Positions 17,114 through 29,910 of a stretch of DNA of 64,000 nucleotides are shown here, one piece after another. A program made the position numbers and the translations under genes. The DNA is taken from NCBI RefSeq assembly GCF_009914755.1, contig NC_060938.1; one strand, given 5' to 3'. Position 1 is the first letter of the stretch; the number at the start of each line of letters is the position of its first letter. The stretch comes from the human T2T-CHM13v2.0 reference genome, Homo sapiens. The notes under the pieces were generated by a model. The model ran no database searches and was not told the DNA's origin. It saw only the letters and a list, made by a program, of their open reading frames with translations.

Positions 17114-17325
17114 CCAATTGTCAACTAGGGACAATTGTGCCCTACAGTGCACATTTGGCAATATCTGGGAAAATTTGGCTTGTCACACTTTGGGCTAAGA
17201 TTGCTACTGGCATCTGACAGATTGGACCCAGTGATACTATGAAACATATTACAATAAACAGAAGATGCTCCACCCCAAGAAATAATTGTTTGGTTTTGAA
17301 ATCAATAATGCCAGTGTTATGAAAG
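17114..17325 (+). mobile_element. MER20 (hAT-Charlie) non-autonomous DNA transposon
   Basis: ACATTTGGCAATATCTGG...TTGTCACA...TGCTACTGGCATCT...ACAAT...AATAATGCC; length ~210 bp. Confidence 0.8.
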
Positions 17326-17766
17326 GTAGCAAGGCATTTGATGTGAACACAGATACAATAAATTTATCTTAATTCTGCATAAAAAGTAAATTATAATTAA
17401 CAAGTTCTCTGAGCAATTACATTTCCATGTATACTCACTATGTATACAAATCTGTGTTTATAGAATGCAGATACTTGGTAATCTATATCTGTTCTTTAAG
17501 ATGAAAGCAAGACAATGTTTACCCATATACAACAGCAATATTAATGAAAGGAAAAGAAATTTAAGAAATATCAGTCATTATGCAATCTAAAAACAAGACT
17601 TTCAACCTAGAGCAAGGAACATTTCAAAGGTGGTTAAAAAATGCCTTTTTCCTTTTTTTCATTTATTTTACTTTTCTTTCTGTTGGAAACAAAAGAGTTG
17701 TCTTAATTTTTAATCTGAATTCTGATTATACAAGTAAATTCATCACAGTTATTCAGACCATTTAAA

Positions 17767-18813
17767 TAGGATCATAAACACATTCAGCATTCTGCTCTTG
17801 CCCAAGGTGTCAGGCACCATGCTAGAGCCCCACAATGTCACCCTCCAAGTCTCATAGCAAATGCAGATGAGACTTTTTGCATTGATTATGAAGCCTTCTA
17901 TGACATCTGCTTCAGAACCCTAAAGCTGCCCATGCCCACCTAGAGTGACCTAAACCTCCTAGTATCTGCCACCATAAATGGGTTCGCCACCTGCCTGCGA
18001 TTCCCAGGCCAGCTGAATGCTGACCTGTGGAAGCTGACCATGAACATCATCCCATTCCCCTACCTGCACTTCTTCATGCCTGGCTTTGCCCCACTGACCA
18101 GCCAGGGCAGTCAGCAGTACCAGGCCCTGACCGTGGCTGAACTCACTCAGCAGATGTTTGACACCAAGAATATCACAGCTGCTTGTGACACCTCACCTCA
18201 TTATGGCTGCTACCTAACAGTTCCTGCCATTTTCAGAGGCCACATGTCCACATGGGAAGTGGATGAGCAAATGCTCGATGTTCAAAACAAAAACAGCTGC
18301 TACTTTGCTTATTGGCTCCCCAACCATGTGAAAACAGCTGTCTGTGACATCCCACCCCAGGGGCTAAAAATGTCTGACACCTTTATCAGCAACAACACGG
18401 CCAGCCAGGAGCTGTTCAGGCCACATCTCGGAGCAGTTCACAGCCATGTTCAGGTGCAAGGTCTTCCTGCACTGCTATATGAGTGAGGGCATGGATGAGA
18501 TGGAGTTCACTGAGGCCAAGAGCAGCATGAACAATCTTGTGTCCAAGTACCAACAGTACTACCAGCATGCCACAGCTGAGGAGGAGGTAGAGTTTGAGGA
18601 GTGTGCTGAGGAGGAGGTGGCCTAGATCCTTCTGTTACTGGGTAATAGTAGAAGGAGTATGGGGATTCTCTATTTACTCACAGTGTGTTCTGGGATAGCC
18701 ATGTATCACTGTGCACTTGTTGTTCATGTCTTTACCTCACAACTTGTTGCATTTTAAAGCATTTTCATGGTATGTGGTTTTGCCTAATAAAGCATTCTCA
18801 TAGGAAAAAAAAA
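17767..18813 (+). pseudogene. 5'-truncated processed beta-tubulin pseudogene, TUBB8/TUBB4B lineage
   Basis: Translates as [55 protein letters not shown], ending EEEVA* (TAG 18623-18625). In-frame stop at 17941 and frameshifts. AATAAA at 18786 and A-tail 18805-18813. No TSD recognised. It may be the annotated TUBBP3 (unverified recollection). Confidence 0.95.
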
Positions 18814-19074
18814 GAAGGTTACTTGAAAAATATAAAGTGTGGTATGCTTTTTTAAAAGATAACTATAGGGTATTACATGTAAAATTGCCCCATAAACAAT
18901 TTTATAGACTAGCTGTAATTAAAGAAAATCAGGTTATTTCTCATCTATATTACAAATTTTACTTAGACCATAAGGATTACAGAAAGTCAAATTTCATTTT
19001 AAAAATCCAGGCATTATGTCACTGAGTGTTTAGCTAATTTAAGAAATTTGAGTGGCCTCCCAGTGAGAATAATG

Positions 19075-19420
19075 TTTTTGTTCATTTATTTATTTCCAAT
19101 AAATAGGTAATAAATGTTTTCCATGTGCCAAGCATTGACCTAGGTCCTGTGGACACAAAAGTTGATAAACTAAACATGGTTCTAGTCTTCACATATTATG
19201 TAATCCAATTAGAAAGACATATTATGGGCAAAAATAAAAAAACACATGAATAATTTGGGATTTTGAAATGTAATGACAAATAAACAAGGTGTTATGAAAA
19301 TCATAGCAAAACTGGAAGGCCCTGACTTAGTGTAGTCACACAAGTTCATCTACTGAGTTGATATTTATCCTCAGTTCTGAAACATGAAAAGAAGGCAGAG
19401 ACGAAGGCTGAATAAAAATA
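19075..19420 (-). mobile_element. L2 3' fragment
   Basis: TTCATTTATTTATT...ATGTGCCAAGCATTG..CTAGGTCCTGTGGACACA. Confidence 0.6.
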
Positions 19421-20215
19421 AAATTGTAAAGATATTCTGATAAATGAAAAAGTTCAACCTGCTATATCAGTGGTCTCCAGAGCAGAGTGCTCAAGATGAT
19501 TTGTTGAGGATTGAAAACAAATTGTTAAAGATCTTATTTATAGTCATCTTTTTATCTAAGGAATAAGAAAGGCAATAATTTTATAAATGAGTAATGCATT
19601 AACTGATAGTAGCAAGTGAATCCATGGCCACACTAACACTTGAAATGAAATAAAAGTAAAGTGAGAGATCTACAAGATAGACAATTGCAGTGGAAATTTA
19701 TCATGCTTCTTTTCTCTCCCTAAGACTGCTTCAATTGACTATAGGTTCCATTATCTACAATACTGAAATTTGGCCTTAAATAGTAGGTGAGTAGTTTTCA
19801 ATGATTCCTGTTTAGAAACTGAGGCCTCAATGTAATGATGATACTGATATGAAGAAGCAAAAATAATTGATACAGCTGGTATTGCTACTCCTTAAAGTGT
19901 TCTTCTCAGCCATATTATGGTATAAAAATAATGGCAATCTAAATTGAAATATCAAAAGTGGCAATGAGATACAGCATTTGGCATCATCAAAAGATTATCT
20001 GAAATATGAATTTCTGAGTAATCTTCTACTAGTATTAAAAATAAATTATGCCCTTTACATGTATTGTACCTTGATATTTTAACTAAGGATGATATGAAAC
20101 CAAAGCATATTTCATTTAATCATTTTACATAATTATATAAATGTTAAGTATAATAAGAAAAAGAACATATTGGAAGTAACCTGGGAAACACCAACAACTG
20201 AAATTACTGGGATGT

Positions 20216-20939
20216 TGTTGCAGCTTTTTCACTCCTGTTTTTTGGTTACACTCACCACTGGCAAACTCCAGGTTCTTGTCTCAAGACCAAGAAGAATAAG
20301 GCAGGCGGACACCAGAAAGTGAGTAAGGCAGAGTCAAATGTATTAAGTGACAGAAATGCTCTAAGAAAAAGTGGTGTCCCAAATGAGGGTTGCCAGTTGC
20401 AGGGCAAAGTTCAGGGGTTTTTATGGAGTGGGACAGGGGAAGTGTGTGCTGACTGGTCTGCCTGCTGTCTTGAAGAAAGTACCACTCAGAAACAGACATG
20501 ATAGTGAAAAGAATCAATTGAGGCAGAGGTGAAGGCTTGGCCTGAGACCTTGGCCCAGGAATAATCAGGGGCTGAAGTGAAGGTTTGGCCTAGGGCCTTG
20601 GCCCTGGACCAATCAGGGGCTGATGTGACCTTACACTTTATGCAAATGAAGATTTGGCCCACAATCACAGGAGATAGGCATATATAAAATGGGTGAAAGG
20701 TAAGGACCAATATGGAAGAAGCAAGACAAAGATGAACCAAAGAGAGAGAAATGTATCCAAAAGATAAGTGGAATTTGTTCATCTCAGCTCACAAAATAGG
20801 CCTTTCCATTGAAGGACACATGCTCTTTCTTATCTGAGGCCTGCAGCTTGATTTTTAGGCTGTCCTTGGCTGGAAGGACTTTTGCCAAGGAGCCACCCTA
20901 ACTGCCCGCCTGACTGGTTTCTTCCTTCCTCCTCTCTCA
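20216..20939 (-). mobile_element. ERV1-class solo LTR (MER51/MER52/LTR1-like group)
   Basis: TGTTG...CTCTCTCA termini (TG..CA on minus strand). Near 4-bp TSD ATGT/ATAT. GGTTCTTGTCTCA..ACCAAGAAGAAT and CCAATCAGGGGCTGAAGTGAAG motifs. Confidence 0.8.
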
Positions 20940-21049
20940 ATATCACCGACATTGTTAATCTACATGTCTTTTTCCTAATTATTTCACCTTCCAACTCTCC
21001 AAAACTCATGAAGTAACCACTAATCAGGTTGATATGATTAGCCTGTGCC

Positions 21050-22915
21050 TTATTTTTTATACCTTTAATTCTCTCATATGTGCATACATTCTCAAAAAAT
21101 AGGTTGTTCATATTTTCTTATTTTTTGAGCTCTATATATAGTGTATGAAGTCCTTGAACATGCTCTCTTTACAACATTGTGTGGTTGAAAATATCTGTTG
21201 ATTTATGTTACTATAGTTCATTTTCTCTTAATGTTATATACAGAATTTCATTTTGTTAAATTATCGCAATTTCCTTATTTTCTTTTCAATAGGCACTATA
21301 TATAAATCTTTTTCATATAATTCCTTTTTTTATTTTCATTGACTCATAGGAGATATTTATGAATTTAGTATATTTATATTTTAATTTTTTTTCTATATTG
21401 TAATTTGCCTTGTATCATTCTTTAGGTGGTCTCTGATGAGCAGAACTTATTGATTTCAAAGTAGATAAATTTTAAAATTGTTTAATTTATAAATTATATA
21501 TTTTCTTACTTGAATAATTGTTCCAACCTACAGTTAATAAGTTTATTGTCCCTTATACTCTATTAAGAGCTTTATATTTTTGACTTTTAATTTTAATTTA
21601 ATTTAATTTATTTTTTTTGAGACAGAGTTTCGCTCTTATTGTCCAGGCTGGAGTGTAATGGCATGATCTCGGCTAACTGCAACCTCCACTTCTCAGGTTC
21701 AAGCAATTCTCCTGCCTGAGCCTCCCAAGTAGCTGGGATTACAGGCACCCACCACCATGCCTGGCTAATTTTTTGTATTTTTAGTAGAGATGAGGTTTCA
21801 CCATATTGGCCTGGGTGGTCTCAAATTCATGACCTCAGATGATCTGCCCGCCTCAGCCTCCCAAAGTGCTGGGATTACAAGCCGAGCCACCATGCCCAGC
21901 CAATTTTAATTTTTTAATCAGTCTAAACAGATTTGTTTTTGTTTAGTTTTCAGGCAAGATCTTCTATATGGTCACCTAATTATCCCAGTACTATTTTCAG
22001 GAATATTCAACTCTTTGCCTAGTGAATTGTAATACAATATTTGCCATAAATAAAACTTTGATAAGTGTAAATATATGTTTGCTTCTCTATTCTGTTAAAT
22101 TGATACATCTGTCTTCTCTGTGTGATTCCACATTGTTTGCAATTCTACAATGTTTTAGTGAGTCTTGATCTGTAATAGGGCAATATCTCCAAACTATTGC
22201 ACTTCCTCAGATGCATTTTAGCTTATCTTGAGTCAAATTTAAATTTCAGATTCTACGGCCTAGAAAACTTCTTTAGGTATACTAGTAAGAGTTCCACAGA
22301 AACTACAGATCAACTTGGGAGAAACTGACAACTTTATAAGAGTTTCTAACCATAAAAATTGCATAAGTCTTTATATATTTATCACATCAATGTAGATTTT
22401 GCAATTTTGTCAGATTTATTTCTCATAATTTTATCGTATTTAGTTATATAATAAATGATGCCTTCTTTAAATTTCTAAATTATATGGTTGTGCAACCAAC
22501 TGAATCACAATAAATATATAATAAGTTTATGTTTTAGAAGAAACTGCCAAACTTTTCTGAAGGGACGGTGCCATTTTGCATTTCAAGCAACAGTTGATGG
22601 GAGTTCACATTGCTTACATCCTTATAAGCTTTTAATATTCTCAGTCTTTTAAATTTTATATATTCTAATAGATGTGCATAGTGGCATTTTGTTTTACTTT
22701 GCATTTCTTTAACAACTAATGATGTTGAGCACCCATATGTGTTTATTATATATGTATGTATACGTATATACATACACACATACATTCTTTGCTAAAAAAT
22801 CTAGTCATATTATTTGCCTAATTAAAATTTTGCCTTTTTTACTTACACTGATTTGTGGGGGTTCTTTATATATCCTGGCTATCAGTTTTTTTCTCTTTTG
22901 CTAAGTTAAATGTTA
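21050..22915 (-). mobile_element. Ancient L1M fragments, minus strand (interrupted by an Alu)
   Basis: T-rich. AGAAACTGCCAAAC..TGCCATTTTGCATT, GTGGCAT..TTTGCATTTC..AACTAATGATGTTGAGCA and TAGATCAACTTGGGAGAAACTGACA are L1 ORF2 3' motifs. Confidence 0.75.
21607..21901 (-). mobile_element. AluSq/Sp-type full-length Alu
   Basis: GAGTTTCGCTCTTATTGTCCAGGCTGGAGTGTAATGGC; both monomers present; T-rich tail. Confidence 0.93.
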
Positions 22916-23450
22916 TCACCCATCTCACTCAAGAAATACCTATTTCTTGAAGAAAAATGAAAACTTACGTTAACAGAAAAACATGTATACTAATGATGAT
23001 AGAGGTTTTGTACATAATTAAAACAGAAAATAACCCAAATATTCTTCATCTAGTGAGTGGATAAACAATGATACAGCCTTACAATGGAGCTCTAATTAGC
23101 AATTAAAAAAATGAACTACAAATACATGCATCCAGCATAGACGAATTTCAAAGCATTATGCTAAGTGAAAGAATCCAGATTCTAAAAACCACACGCTATA
23201 AAGTTCTATTTATATGACCTCTGAAACAGGCAAATTTATAGGGACTAAAAATAGATGAGTGTTCGCCAGAAACCAGGAATTGGGGAGGATATTGACACCA
23301 GGGGGTCATGAGTTAATCATGGGTGACGGAACTTGTATAAATTATGTTGTTAGTATAAGTTTAAAAACCGTATATGCTTGTTAAAGCTCAGATTATATTT
23401 TTTAAAATGGGCAGATTTTGCTTCAAATAGATTCCAAAAACCTGACCAAG
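22916..23450 (+). mobile_element. Ancient L1M 3' end
   Basis: AAATGAAAACTTACGT..., AACCCAAAT..TCATC..GTGAGTGGATAAACAA, CATTATGCTAAGTGAAAGAA. Confidence 0.75.
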
Positions 23451-24300
23451 AACAAAACAAGGTGTCTGTATCTTTGATTTTATTTTTTAGGGATTCCGAC
23501 TATGATTACAATACATTTTCTATGCCGGAGTCCTCTAGCATTTTAAATGATTTTGAAGTGTCTCCTTAATTTTGCCTTATTTTCTTTCTTTTTCCCATTT
23601 CTATCCTCTCTGCCTCTTATTGTGCTTTGTCTGGTGTCTATTTGCTCTGTGTGCCTTCTAATCTAGTGCTCATTTCTAACGTCTGCTATTTCCTATGTGT
23701 GGCACCCTCACTTGTTTGGCCGTGTCTTTGAATTCCTGTGTGTTTGCTGGGCTCTCTTCATTGAGTTTGCTGGTTTTAATTTCATCATGAAATTTTTGGT
23801 TAAATTTTCTTCCACTTGTGCCGTTTACTTGGTACTTTCTTTGTTTCCGCCTTTTTTTTTTTTTGAGACTATATCTTTGCTTTACTAGCCCCTACCAATT
23901 TCTAGCCTCTAAAATGATCCTCTCACTTTTAGAAAGTGCATTTTACTAATATTCTTGAGTTTAACCATCTCTGCACACTCCACAGTAACTTGTATCCCTT
24001 CTTTCTCAATCCTCCCAGGTGCCTGCATGCAGTTTAGTTGTATATCTGATCAAAGTAACTTCCACTATAGGTTGAGACTTCTGGGAAGGTGTGTTTGCTG
24101 GGTATTTTAGTTACCTAACTCTAATCATTTAATCAGTTTTAATCATTTTAATCAGATTTAATTAGTTATCTAAATCTAATCATAACTCTAATCTAAGTCA
24201 CCATTCTCTGTTCTTCCTACTAAAATTTTCTACAGTGTCTGCATGTATAATTCTGCTGTTTTAAGCTACTGCTGTTCTTAAACACCAGCTACGTGTGGTT

Positions 24301-24868
24301 TGCATTAGTCAGGGTTCTCCAGAGGGAAAGGACCAATAGGATATACGTATATATAAAAGGGAGCTTATTAGGGATAACTGGCTTACACGATTACAAGGTG
24401 AAGTCCCACAACAGGCTGTTTGCAAGCTGGGAAAAGCAGAAGCCAGTAGCATGGCACAGTCCAAGTCCAAAAGCCCCCAAATTAGGGAAACCAACAGCAC
24501 AGCCTTCAGTCTGAAGCCAAAGGCCTGAGGGCCCCTGGGAAGCTCCTGGTGAAAGTCCCAGAGTCCAAATGCCAAATAACATGAGAAGGAGGAGAGCAAG
24601 CAAACATCTGGCATGAAAAGAGAGAGAAAGTCAGAAGACTCAGCAAGCCAGCTTATACCTCTTCTTCCTCCTGCTTTGTTCTAACATACTGGTAGCCCAT
24701 TGGATGGCGCCCACCAATACTGAGGGTGGGTCTTCCTCTCCCAGTCTTCTGACTCAAATGCCAGTCTCCTCTGGCAACACCCTCACAGACACATTCAGAA
24801 ACAGTGCTTCACAAGCCATCTAGGCATCCCTCAATCCAGTCAAGTCGACATCTAATATTAACTATCAC
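24301..24868 (-). mobile_element. MLT2 (A/B) LTR, the 3' LTR of an ERV-L
   Basis: TGCATTAGTCAGGGTTCTCCAGAGGG...CCAGTCAAGTCGACATCTAATATTAACTATCACA. Followed by the complement of the PPT (AGTCCATCCCTT). Confidence 0.92.
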
Positions 24869-27130
24869 AAGTCCATCCCTTGTCAGCTTGGCACCCATAC
24901 ACATCTTCTTAAATCATACTCAATCTCCAAATAAAGACAATAACAAGGTCATAATTCTGCTAAGATAATAAAATTATCCTTCATACAACCAAAAATACAC
25001 TAACCTAAATATGATTACATAAAATTAACAATACTTAAATGCTGATTTGAAGTCAATAAATCTGTTACATAATAAATAATAATAAAGGTAATAAAACAAA
25101 TATATTTACTTAATACAGGTGTGTATATGCACAAATTTATTCTTAACAAAATAAGGAGGAAATACTCATAAAAATTACCATCTTCATTTCTTTAATTAGC
25201 TGCATGGTTGCAGCTGGTATTTGATAACTACCTTCTTCTACTATCCATTCTATATTTCCTTTGCTTTTTGTAAGCATCTCTTGGCAAAAGCATTACATGT
25301 GGGAAAGGCACATCTATATCCAGAGGAAGTGTTTATTCAGTAAGATAAACTGCTGCCCCTTCCATGATGGAAGTGGTCCAATGTAATCAACCTGCCACCA
25401 GGTAGCTGGTTGATCACCCAGAGGAATGGTGCCATATCTATGTCTCAGTGTTGGTCTCTGCTGCTAGCAGATTGGGCACTCAGCAGCGGCCATGGCCAGG
25501 TCAGTCTTGGTGAGTGGAACTTCATGTTGCTAAGCCCATGCATAACCTCTACCATGCCACTTTGCTCACGAGCCTATTGAGCAATAACAGAAGTGACTGA
25601 AGAAAGAGGTTGAGTGTTGTCTACAGAATGAGTTATCTTATCCATTTGATTACTAAAATCTTCCTCTGCTGAGGTCACCCTTTAGTGAGCATTCACATGA
25701 GACACAAATATCTTCACAATTTTTGACTATTCAGGGAGGTTCATTCACATACCTCTTCCCCAAATTTCTTTGTTACCAATTTTTCAATCATGCTCCTTCC
25801 AAGTACGTGAACATTCAGCCAAACCATTGGCTATAGCTCACGAACTGGTATATAATCATACTTCTGGCCATTTCTCCTTCCAGGCAAAGTGCATAACAAG
25901 GTGCAGTGCTTGACGTTCTGCCCTCTGGGAAGATTTATCTTCACCACTGTCCTCCAGGAATGTCCCAGAAAGGAACCATAGTGCTACAGCTGTCCACTTT
26001 CAGGTGGTGCCTGCATGTCTTACAGAACCATCTGTAAAACAGGCCCTAGTCTTCTCTTCCTCTGTCAACTAATAATAGGGAACTCCCAAAGAGGCCATAG
26101 GAACAGGCTGAGAGAAAAAAGGCAGGGTAGCAGGAATGAGGACCATGGGCATTTGGGCCACTTCCTTATGTAACTTGTACCTTCAGCACCTCCTCAAGCC
26201 TGATCACATATATACCACTTCCATTTAATGATGGAATGTTTCTGTGCATGCCCAATTTTATTGGTAGGTGGGTCAGAAAGCACCCAGTTCATAAAAGGCG
26301 GTTTAGATTGCTTGGTAACTTGGTGACCCATAGTCAAATGTTCAGTTTCTACAATGGCCCAGTAGCAGGCCAAGAGCTGTCTTTCCAAAGGAGAATAGTT
26401 ATCTGCAGAAGATGGTAGGGCATTGCTCCAAAATCCTAGGGGTCTCCACTGTGATTCACCTATGGGGACCTGCCAAAGGCTCCAGACAGCATCCCTATTT
26501 ACCACTGACACCTCAATCATGACTGGATCTGCTGGGTTATGTGGCCCAAGTGGCAGCGCAGCTTGCACAGCAGCCTAGACCTGTTGCAGAGTCTTCTCCT
26601 GCACTCACAACTAGCAGCCTTTTGAGTCACTCAATAAATAGGCCAGAGCAACACACACAAATGAGGAATGTGATGTCCTCAAAATCCAAATGGGCCCACT
26701 AGGCATTGTGTTTCTTTCTTGGTTGTAGGAGTGGCCAGATGCAATAACTTATTATTCACCTTAAAAGGAATATCTTGACAGGCCCTATACCACCAGACCT
26801 CTAGAAATTTCACTGAGGTAGAAGGCCCCTGAATTTTAGTCAGATTTATTTCCCATTCCCTGACATGTGACTGTCTCACCAATAAGTCCAGTGTGGTTGC
26901 TACTTCTTGCTTACTAGGTCCAATCACCATAATGTCACCAATGTAACGGACCATTGTGATATCTTACAGAAGGAAAAAGCGATCAAAATTTCTGCAAACA
27001 AGATTATGACTTAGAGCTGAAGAGTTAACATACCACTGATTTAGAACAGTAAAGGTGTATTGCTGAGTTTGACAGCTGAAGGCAAATTGCTTCTGGTGGC
27101 CCTATGGACAGGGATGGAGAAAAAGACATC
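24869..27130 (-). mobile_element. HERV-L/ERVL internal pol remnant (RT-RNaseH), 5'-truncated and internally deleted
   Basis: Minus-strand ORFs give YIGDIMVIG (YIDD motif), KIQGPSTSVKFL, PLGFWS..LP...NYSPLERQLLACYWA, and FTDGS near 26030. Most of integrase/dUTPase appears missing near 25280. Confidence 0.92.
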
Positions 27131-29141
27131 TAACTCATACAGGATGTATCTCAAGTCACCATTCTTCTCTATTCTTCCCACTATAATTTTCTCTAGTGGC
27201 TGCATATATACTCTGCTATTTCAAGCTACTGCTGTTCTTACACAGCAGCTATTTGGGGTTTATAACAGTTTGATTTTTTTTATTTTATATTTAATTTTTT
27301 GTTTCATTAAAAAATATGTAGTCTCTTCCCATTCTTTTATTTTATCTGAGTGGATTCTAGGAGATAGATTCTAAACTAAGGTAAATTCTCATATTTCTAT
27401 TGGAATTCCAAGGTAAAAATAAATTGAAGCAACTTTTTCCCTTTTTTATAGTCATACTTCTTACGTATAAGATTATGAAGGTATAAATATAACATGTATG
27501 CATACAATAAAGGCCACTAAAACGTGTTTTTAAGTTGTCTATAATTTTAAAAAATCAATAGAATGATAAAAATTGAGGAAGAAATCACATAACATTTTCT
27601 ATATTAGAAAGAATTATACCCATAATAGTAATAGGAATTATCCATAAATGTAAAACAACGTAAAGGAATTATATGTAATTATCACATCTCTGTGATGTAT
27701 AAAAATTGTGTACGCATAACCAAACCTATTTATTCAAATAAAAACAGATCAGTTGTTGCCCTTTCTTAAACTATTCATCATTTTCCTGTAATTCGTATAG
27801 TGGTTTGTTTTTCCTCATTGTTTTTAATGTCATTTTGCAGAACTCTCTCCCTTTTTTTCTCTTTTTCTGTGCCCTGCACTATAATCTTTGTCCCTCTCCC
27901 TGTCAATTATGTTGTGGAAGGCTATTTATTTTTCCTTAGCGAAGTATTATTTTGATGAGAAAGATCTGGTTTCCACAGAGTAGTGCCATAACCCTAGAGT
28001 TTCCAGAAAATTATATTAAATAAATGTTCAGATAGTACTAAAAAAAGTGTTTGTATTGCTTTTAATTTAACCAGATTCAGCTATTGGAAAAGCTCAGAGC
28101 ATGTGTATACTAGAACCATGTATATTGGTGTGTAGAATTTTGGGCTGCAAAAAAAGGGTTGGGAGAGTCATGAAATCGAAGGAGGGGATTGAAAACATTA
28201 TCACAGTTAGGAGATAATATAAAAGGGGGTTGAAAATGATATAGAGAAGTTGGAACAAACTATCCATATCCTACTGATTTTATTTTGTTAATCAGCAAGC
28301 TTTAGGATATATTATTAAATTCAAGTAAATAGATCAAGTTCCCAGAGATTCATAGATATCAAACATTTAAAGAAACCATATTTGCATCAAAGTGAGTTGG
28401 AAGTAAATAAAATAAGTGAGTATATATTATACTTTTTAAATATATAACAGAAAATAAATTTGGGAGTTCATATTTGAAATTAGAATCTATTTTACTTTAG
28501 ATAATGTGTAAAGCATGGAGAAATAAAGAAGAAAATTAAGTGCAAATTACTTGCACTGCAATTTGTAATATGATCTTGAACAGTGTATTTTAAAGTAGTT
28601 TGAAAAACAGATGGCAACAAGAGCCAATTTCATTAAAATATATTTTTCTACTCTTTAATTTTGTGTCAAAGAGGAGTTTATCATATGCATTAAATATTCT
28701 GCACTTCTTACATTTAAGCTCTCTACATTTTAACAGGATCCAAAAAAATAGTCTTTTTCTATTTCCAAACTAGTACTCAGGAATAATATGGCTACTTCCC
28801 CAGAGGCTCCAAACAACCAAATGCTGATGCAAAATCTTTTCTATTCTTTTTAGAAAATAAAAGTTAATCTTATAGAAAAAATAAAATGATTCTTGATTAA
28901 TAGAAAGGCTTTATTGACGTCTATTTTATCTTTATGATATATTTAAAGAAGATGATTCATTACATTAGCTGGTAACTGGTATTGACCAATGAAATTTAAT
29001 CTTCAGCAATTCACTTTTTTTTTTTAAGAAAAGCAAACTCATTCTACATTGAATCAATAACATGACCAAAAATCCCTTTAAAAAACTAGGAACTTTCAAG
29101 ACAATTCGTTAATTCATACATTAATTCATTTATTCATTTTT

Positions 29142-29163
29142 ACACACACACACACACACACAC
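29142..29163. repeat. (CA)n microsatellite
   Basis: About 11 AC units visible. Confidence 0.9.
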
Positions 29164-29769
29164 GATACTACTTTAGTCAGTAGGAAAGAGCAAGATTTTG
29201 AAGGGCTACAAAACTGTAATTTCACCATAGTTACTGTTTTAAATAGTGTTTTATATACATATTTATTTTGCATGCTAACTTAATCTAGTGGATCAATGTA
29301 CAATATATGTCACTAACGGTTCACGGCATATCTTAAACAATGAGATATTCTTAGAGAAAAAATACATTAATTTTAATATATTCTAATGTTAAAACATTTA
29401 AAAATTAGTACATACATTATTATTTAATTTTAATTACGTATATTACTCTCCTATTGTACTTTTAGTATTATGCACTGGAATGCATTTTCCTCACACTAGA
29501 AATTATGATGAATTTAAACTGTTCATAATTTTTGCAATTTAAGTGGCATTATTTAATGACGAACAAAATGTACACAGATGAGAAAAGAAGAAATGTTGAA
29601 TTCTAGGCAACTATCAGTGTAAAACTGCCTAATATACAACAAATCTCAACTTATTACTCTCCTGAACAGAAATGCTAGATTTATTGACTACATGAAACAT
29701 GCATCCTTTATAGAATATGGTTTTAAAATTATTCTGATTTTATTAACAAAAAAATGCCTATCAACATTT

Positions 29770-29910
29770 TTTACATACTGTTTTAACTTATAAATATTAC
29801 TTCATTTAAGGTTTAACACTGAACACTATGAGGAAGTAATGTTATTTTCTCATATTTACAAATGGGGAAAGTGAAGTATAGGAAGTCTTTGCTGACTTCT
29901 AATCACATTT
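29770..29910 (-). mobile_element. MIR fragment
   Basis: AACACTATGAGGAAG...CTCATATTTACAAATGGGGAAAGTGAAG core. Confidence 0.6.

Noticed and set aside
18040-18486. 148-aa tubulin-like ORF as a functional gene
   Set aside because: Internal piece of a truncated pseudogene, with an upstream stop, a frameshifted C-terminus and many radical substitutions.
20512-20630. Spaced repeats resembling a CRISPR array
   Set aside because: Tandem LTR enhancer repeats without unique spacers, in a eukaryotic context with no cas genes.
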